Assembly: GCA_965645245.1 (NCBI GenBank)
Contig: OZ287074.1
Coordinates: 1,178,001-1,242,000, forward strand
DNA: 64,000 nt
From: Massalongia carnosa
Lineage: Eukaryota
Direction of reading: 5' to 3'
Positions 60,766 to 64,000 of the stretch are shown in pieces. Numbering within the stretch: the stretch's first letter is position 1; each line of letters starts with the position of its first letter. The position numbers and the translations under genes were made by a program. A model generated the notes under the pieces. It saw only the letters and a list, made by a program, of their open reading frames with translations, had not been told where the DNA came from and searched no databases.

Positions 60766-62497
60766 ATCCCACGGAGCAGGACTCTTTCGGGGTGACGAAT
60801 AGGACTGGACAGCAAGCAAATGGTCTAGCCACAACCTCAATCAGACTCAGGTGTGGGGAGAAAGAAGAAGACAGTTGGGCGGGAATCAGACTCGTTGACT
60901 TGCATTCTCATCGTCATGATTAATGATTGGCCGGCTCATGGGGGATGTCTTCTTTATCGATTACACCTTAGCGCGCACGTAATCCCCACTACTCTGTCCA
61001 AGCAGTCAACACCTAAATCAGAACGATTGATAATCAATGTGTACACGGTGAATGTTTGAGCGACTGGCAAGGAAGTGTGAACAGGAAGAGAAAGTGTCAA
61101 TTCAATTCTAAGTCTAGATGCTATACACAACAACTCTGGCCATCCTCCTGGTTCTGATTGCGCCGTTGACTTTGTGGAAAGAGTGGAGAGGTAAGGCTTT
61201 GAAGACTGATAGATGAGCATATGATAAACCTGCCACCTAATGATGCGATTATCGGCTTCGATCGATAATTTTGTTGGATGAAACCACCCCCCGCTACCTG
61301 TATGAGTGGTTTCATGAACATCCGTTCTTATCAGCCTCGTTGGGAATCCTGCTCACACATGGAGGCTCTATAGTTTGAATATGGGTTTGGAAGGGCACAA
61401 CTGGGTCTCACTCTATGGAATATGTCCATGTGCCTGGTTGGTTTCCTCTGAAGCCATGGAGTCGACAAGTTAGACGGTTCGGTCTTCACGATTTTCATAC
61501 AATTGCAAACCATAGTGAGGAGAAGTACGCTACCATTGTAACTGACGCTAATAGCATTTATGGATGCGTAGAGGGTAGAAGTGCTATCAAAAGCTACGAT
61601 GGAGGGCGCCAGATATTCTCATTGAATCGAAAGCCACGTGCCTAGCAGGCGCAATTCTTAGTGATATTGCAATCGATTTTTTTGGTCAGGGAACCACAAG
61701 ATATCGCCAAGTATTGAAGGAGAACAACATCATAGCGTATGTTATATGACTGGCATAGGTTTCCTTTGAAGACGGTTATTAGCTAGGTCCAGAGGTTATG
61801 GTACAATGTCAAGGAGCCCAGAGAGAAAACTAGTATGGGCAAAGCTAACCGCTGGTCTGTGGGAGCCGAATGTCAACCTTTTTAGTAATAATAATTTTCT
61901 CACCCTTTCTTTCTGCAGGCCTGATGGCTATTCTCCCTAAGCATTTCGTGTTCTAAACCGGAGGTGAAATTATCCCATTGACCTGGTCCTACTACAACAA
62001 ATCCGAAAGAGGAAGAAAACCGAGACCCATCACCTCACATATTATTGCTCGAACCAAGAAGACATCCTTTACAAGTAGACCAAAACAAACAATACATATC
62101 GGTCTGTGAAAAGCCCCAATTCGTTCTTGGAGCAATAAATACAGCGTCTTCCAATATTGATAGCTAAGCATTAATCGAGGTTGCTTGACGGACATATTGG
62201 CTTACGAATAACCTGCTTCGTAGTTCAACTGGAAAAAAACATCGCGCGAGAGCAAAGAGAAATATATGCTCCAGAAAAACCGTGCCAGCAAAAGGTTAGA
62301 ATTCGAGGATTCAGTGCTAATATAGTAAAAACAATGATATACGTTGTATGAGAGGTCGCCATTACCTTGTAGTTAAAGTGTCACGTGTCACTCCAACTAT
62401 CAGATTACGTCCTGACCCCAATCACGCACATATCATTCTCTTGACGGCGCAACTCTCTGTATTGATCTCATTGCAAACTTGTATATTACCTAAATCA

Positions 62498-63445
62498 ATG
62501 GACGAGAAGCTTGCTTTCAAAGGACCTTCAGGTACTGGGGACCATTCTCCAGCTTACGCACATATGCCACCTCACCCCTCTCACACGCGTCGAGCCATCA
62601 CTTTGTTCCTATCGATGTTGCTTCCATTATATATACTTGCAAGCTACTTTGGCATCTTTAATTCGGAGCGAACTGTTTCCACCACTTCCAGCGCCTTCGC
62701 GCGGCACCCTCATTCTCCAGATTCGCAGACAACCATCCTTTCCCATTCGAACCAGTCAACCCTAGTTCCGTTAGAAGCTCATATCATGTCCAAATGTCCC
62801 GATGCTTGCGACTGTCTCCATGATCTTGTTGTTCCAGCCATGGAGAGGATTTCCGAAAATGTTGATTTCCGCTTATCCTTTATCGGAAGGTCAGTCTACT
62901 TACCTCTTCTTTTTCTCTCACGCTCAATATAAAACCACAATCGTCCTTCGTCCTAGAAGCCTTAGTTGGAGGCTTGTCTTTATTTCCTTTGTATTTTTTC
63001 TCTGAGAGCTTACATCGTTCCTTTCAGTATGGGAAAAGATGAGAACATTCATTGCAAGCACGGTGCAACAGAGTGTCTCGGTAACATGCTCATCCTCTGC
63101 GCCGACAATCTCCATCCCAACAATCCTGTGATATCTCTTGGCTTCAGCAACTGTCTTATAAGTTCATACTCTCGTATTCCGCAACGAGACCTGGTCGAAT
63201 CCTGCTCGCTGGAGCATGGAATTGCATTTGATGAGTTGAACGCTTGTGTAAGCGAGGAAGGAAAGGGAATAAGTCTTCTATCAGCAAGCATAGAAAGAAG
63301 TCAAGAAGCTGGGATAAAAACAAGCTGTACCATTAGAGTCAGGAACAAAACCTGGTGTGTAAGGGACGACGGCGAATGGAAAGATTGCGATCATGGACAC
63401 AGTGTTGATGATTTGGTCTCGGAGGTCTTGAATAACAAAGGATGA
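62498..63445 (+). CDS. GILT (gamma-interferon-inducible lysosomal thiol reductase)-like protein with N-terminal TM anchor; intron 62890-63027
   Basis: VPLEAHIMSKCPDA, LSFIG, CKHGATECLGN, SLGFSNCL, LLSASIERS, SCTIRV, WCVRDDGEWKDC. Confidence 0.9.
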
Positions 63446-64000
63446 ATGAAGTAATGCATAGTGTTTCATTGGTTCTTTAATTTCATCTCCTATAACAACG
63501 TCTAAAGCCTCTATTTTCCGATACTCCTATTGGGTAACACTATCGGATGTTGACGGAGAGAAGATTCCGGCTCGTCATAAGCGTTTATCTTAGAGATGCT
63601 AGTAGTTCGGGTACCTCTATTCCTTACTAGAGGAAGTCAGTCAGGGAATCCTGAATCTATCAAAAGGCTTTGCAAGTGTCAGGTTGCCGTTATATCAGCG
63701 TCCCCATTTCTTCAACGGCAACATGGTTAGGTGGGTCAGCTGTCTTACAATTTCAAGGCTATTCGCACAATAGTTCAAGTGTCAATTATTGTATTGAATC
63801 AATATTTGATTCAACTTGGAGGATCCAGGCCTTCGATATGAATGGAGTTACCTGTGGATTGGTTCAGGCAGCTTATTAATTTCTGTTCTGTCACAATATC
63901 ATTTATGATGACTCGAGTTACTATGATCTCTTCCGGCAGATACAACTTGCAGGCTCTTTCCCAGCGCAATTAGTGGAAAGAACTGTATGAGAGTTTTCCC

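Noticed and set aside
60766..62497. Sulfur-regulator (CYS-3/MetR-like) or CACGTG sites in the MET5 promoter
   Set aside because: No clean ATGRYRYCAT match found by eye; isolated CACGTG hexamers are expected by chance.

Overview
Eukaryotic, intron-rich DNA from a filamentous ascomycete (Pezizomycotina; a finer assignment cannot be made from the window alone). It is mostly a dense block of housekeeping genes: prolyl-tRNA synthetase (5'-truncated), OPI10/Hikeshi, a Nudix hydrolase, RPB8, ELP4, PKC1, YND1 apyrase, a CLC channel, an SDR, SEC1, SUV3, PRP22, a putative eIF4E-binding protein, URB1/NPA1, an EF-hand NDE-type NADH dehydrogenase, MET5 and a GILT-like thiol reductase. There is also an SNG1-like pseudogene. 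Two accessory islands (8.5-12.7 kb and 22.8-24.6 kb) contain nested DNA transposons. The most interesting signal is an unclassified non-coding element of about 670 bp present in both islands (TGCCTCAGTACC...GGTACTGAGGCAAG). It has modular inverted arms carrying co-varying GNA-triloop hairpins. At 23946 it sits at a T^GT site with no target duplication, judged against the opposite pogo TIR, and contains an inverted copy of itself. At 8485 it hosts an intact DD37E Tc1-like transposon with a CAG rather than TA duplication, plus a pogo/Fot1 element. Gene names come from motif recognition without database searches. Exon boundaries were read by eye and may be off by a few bases.
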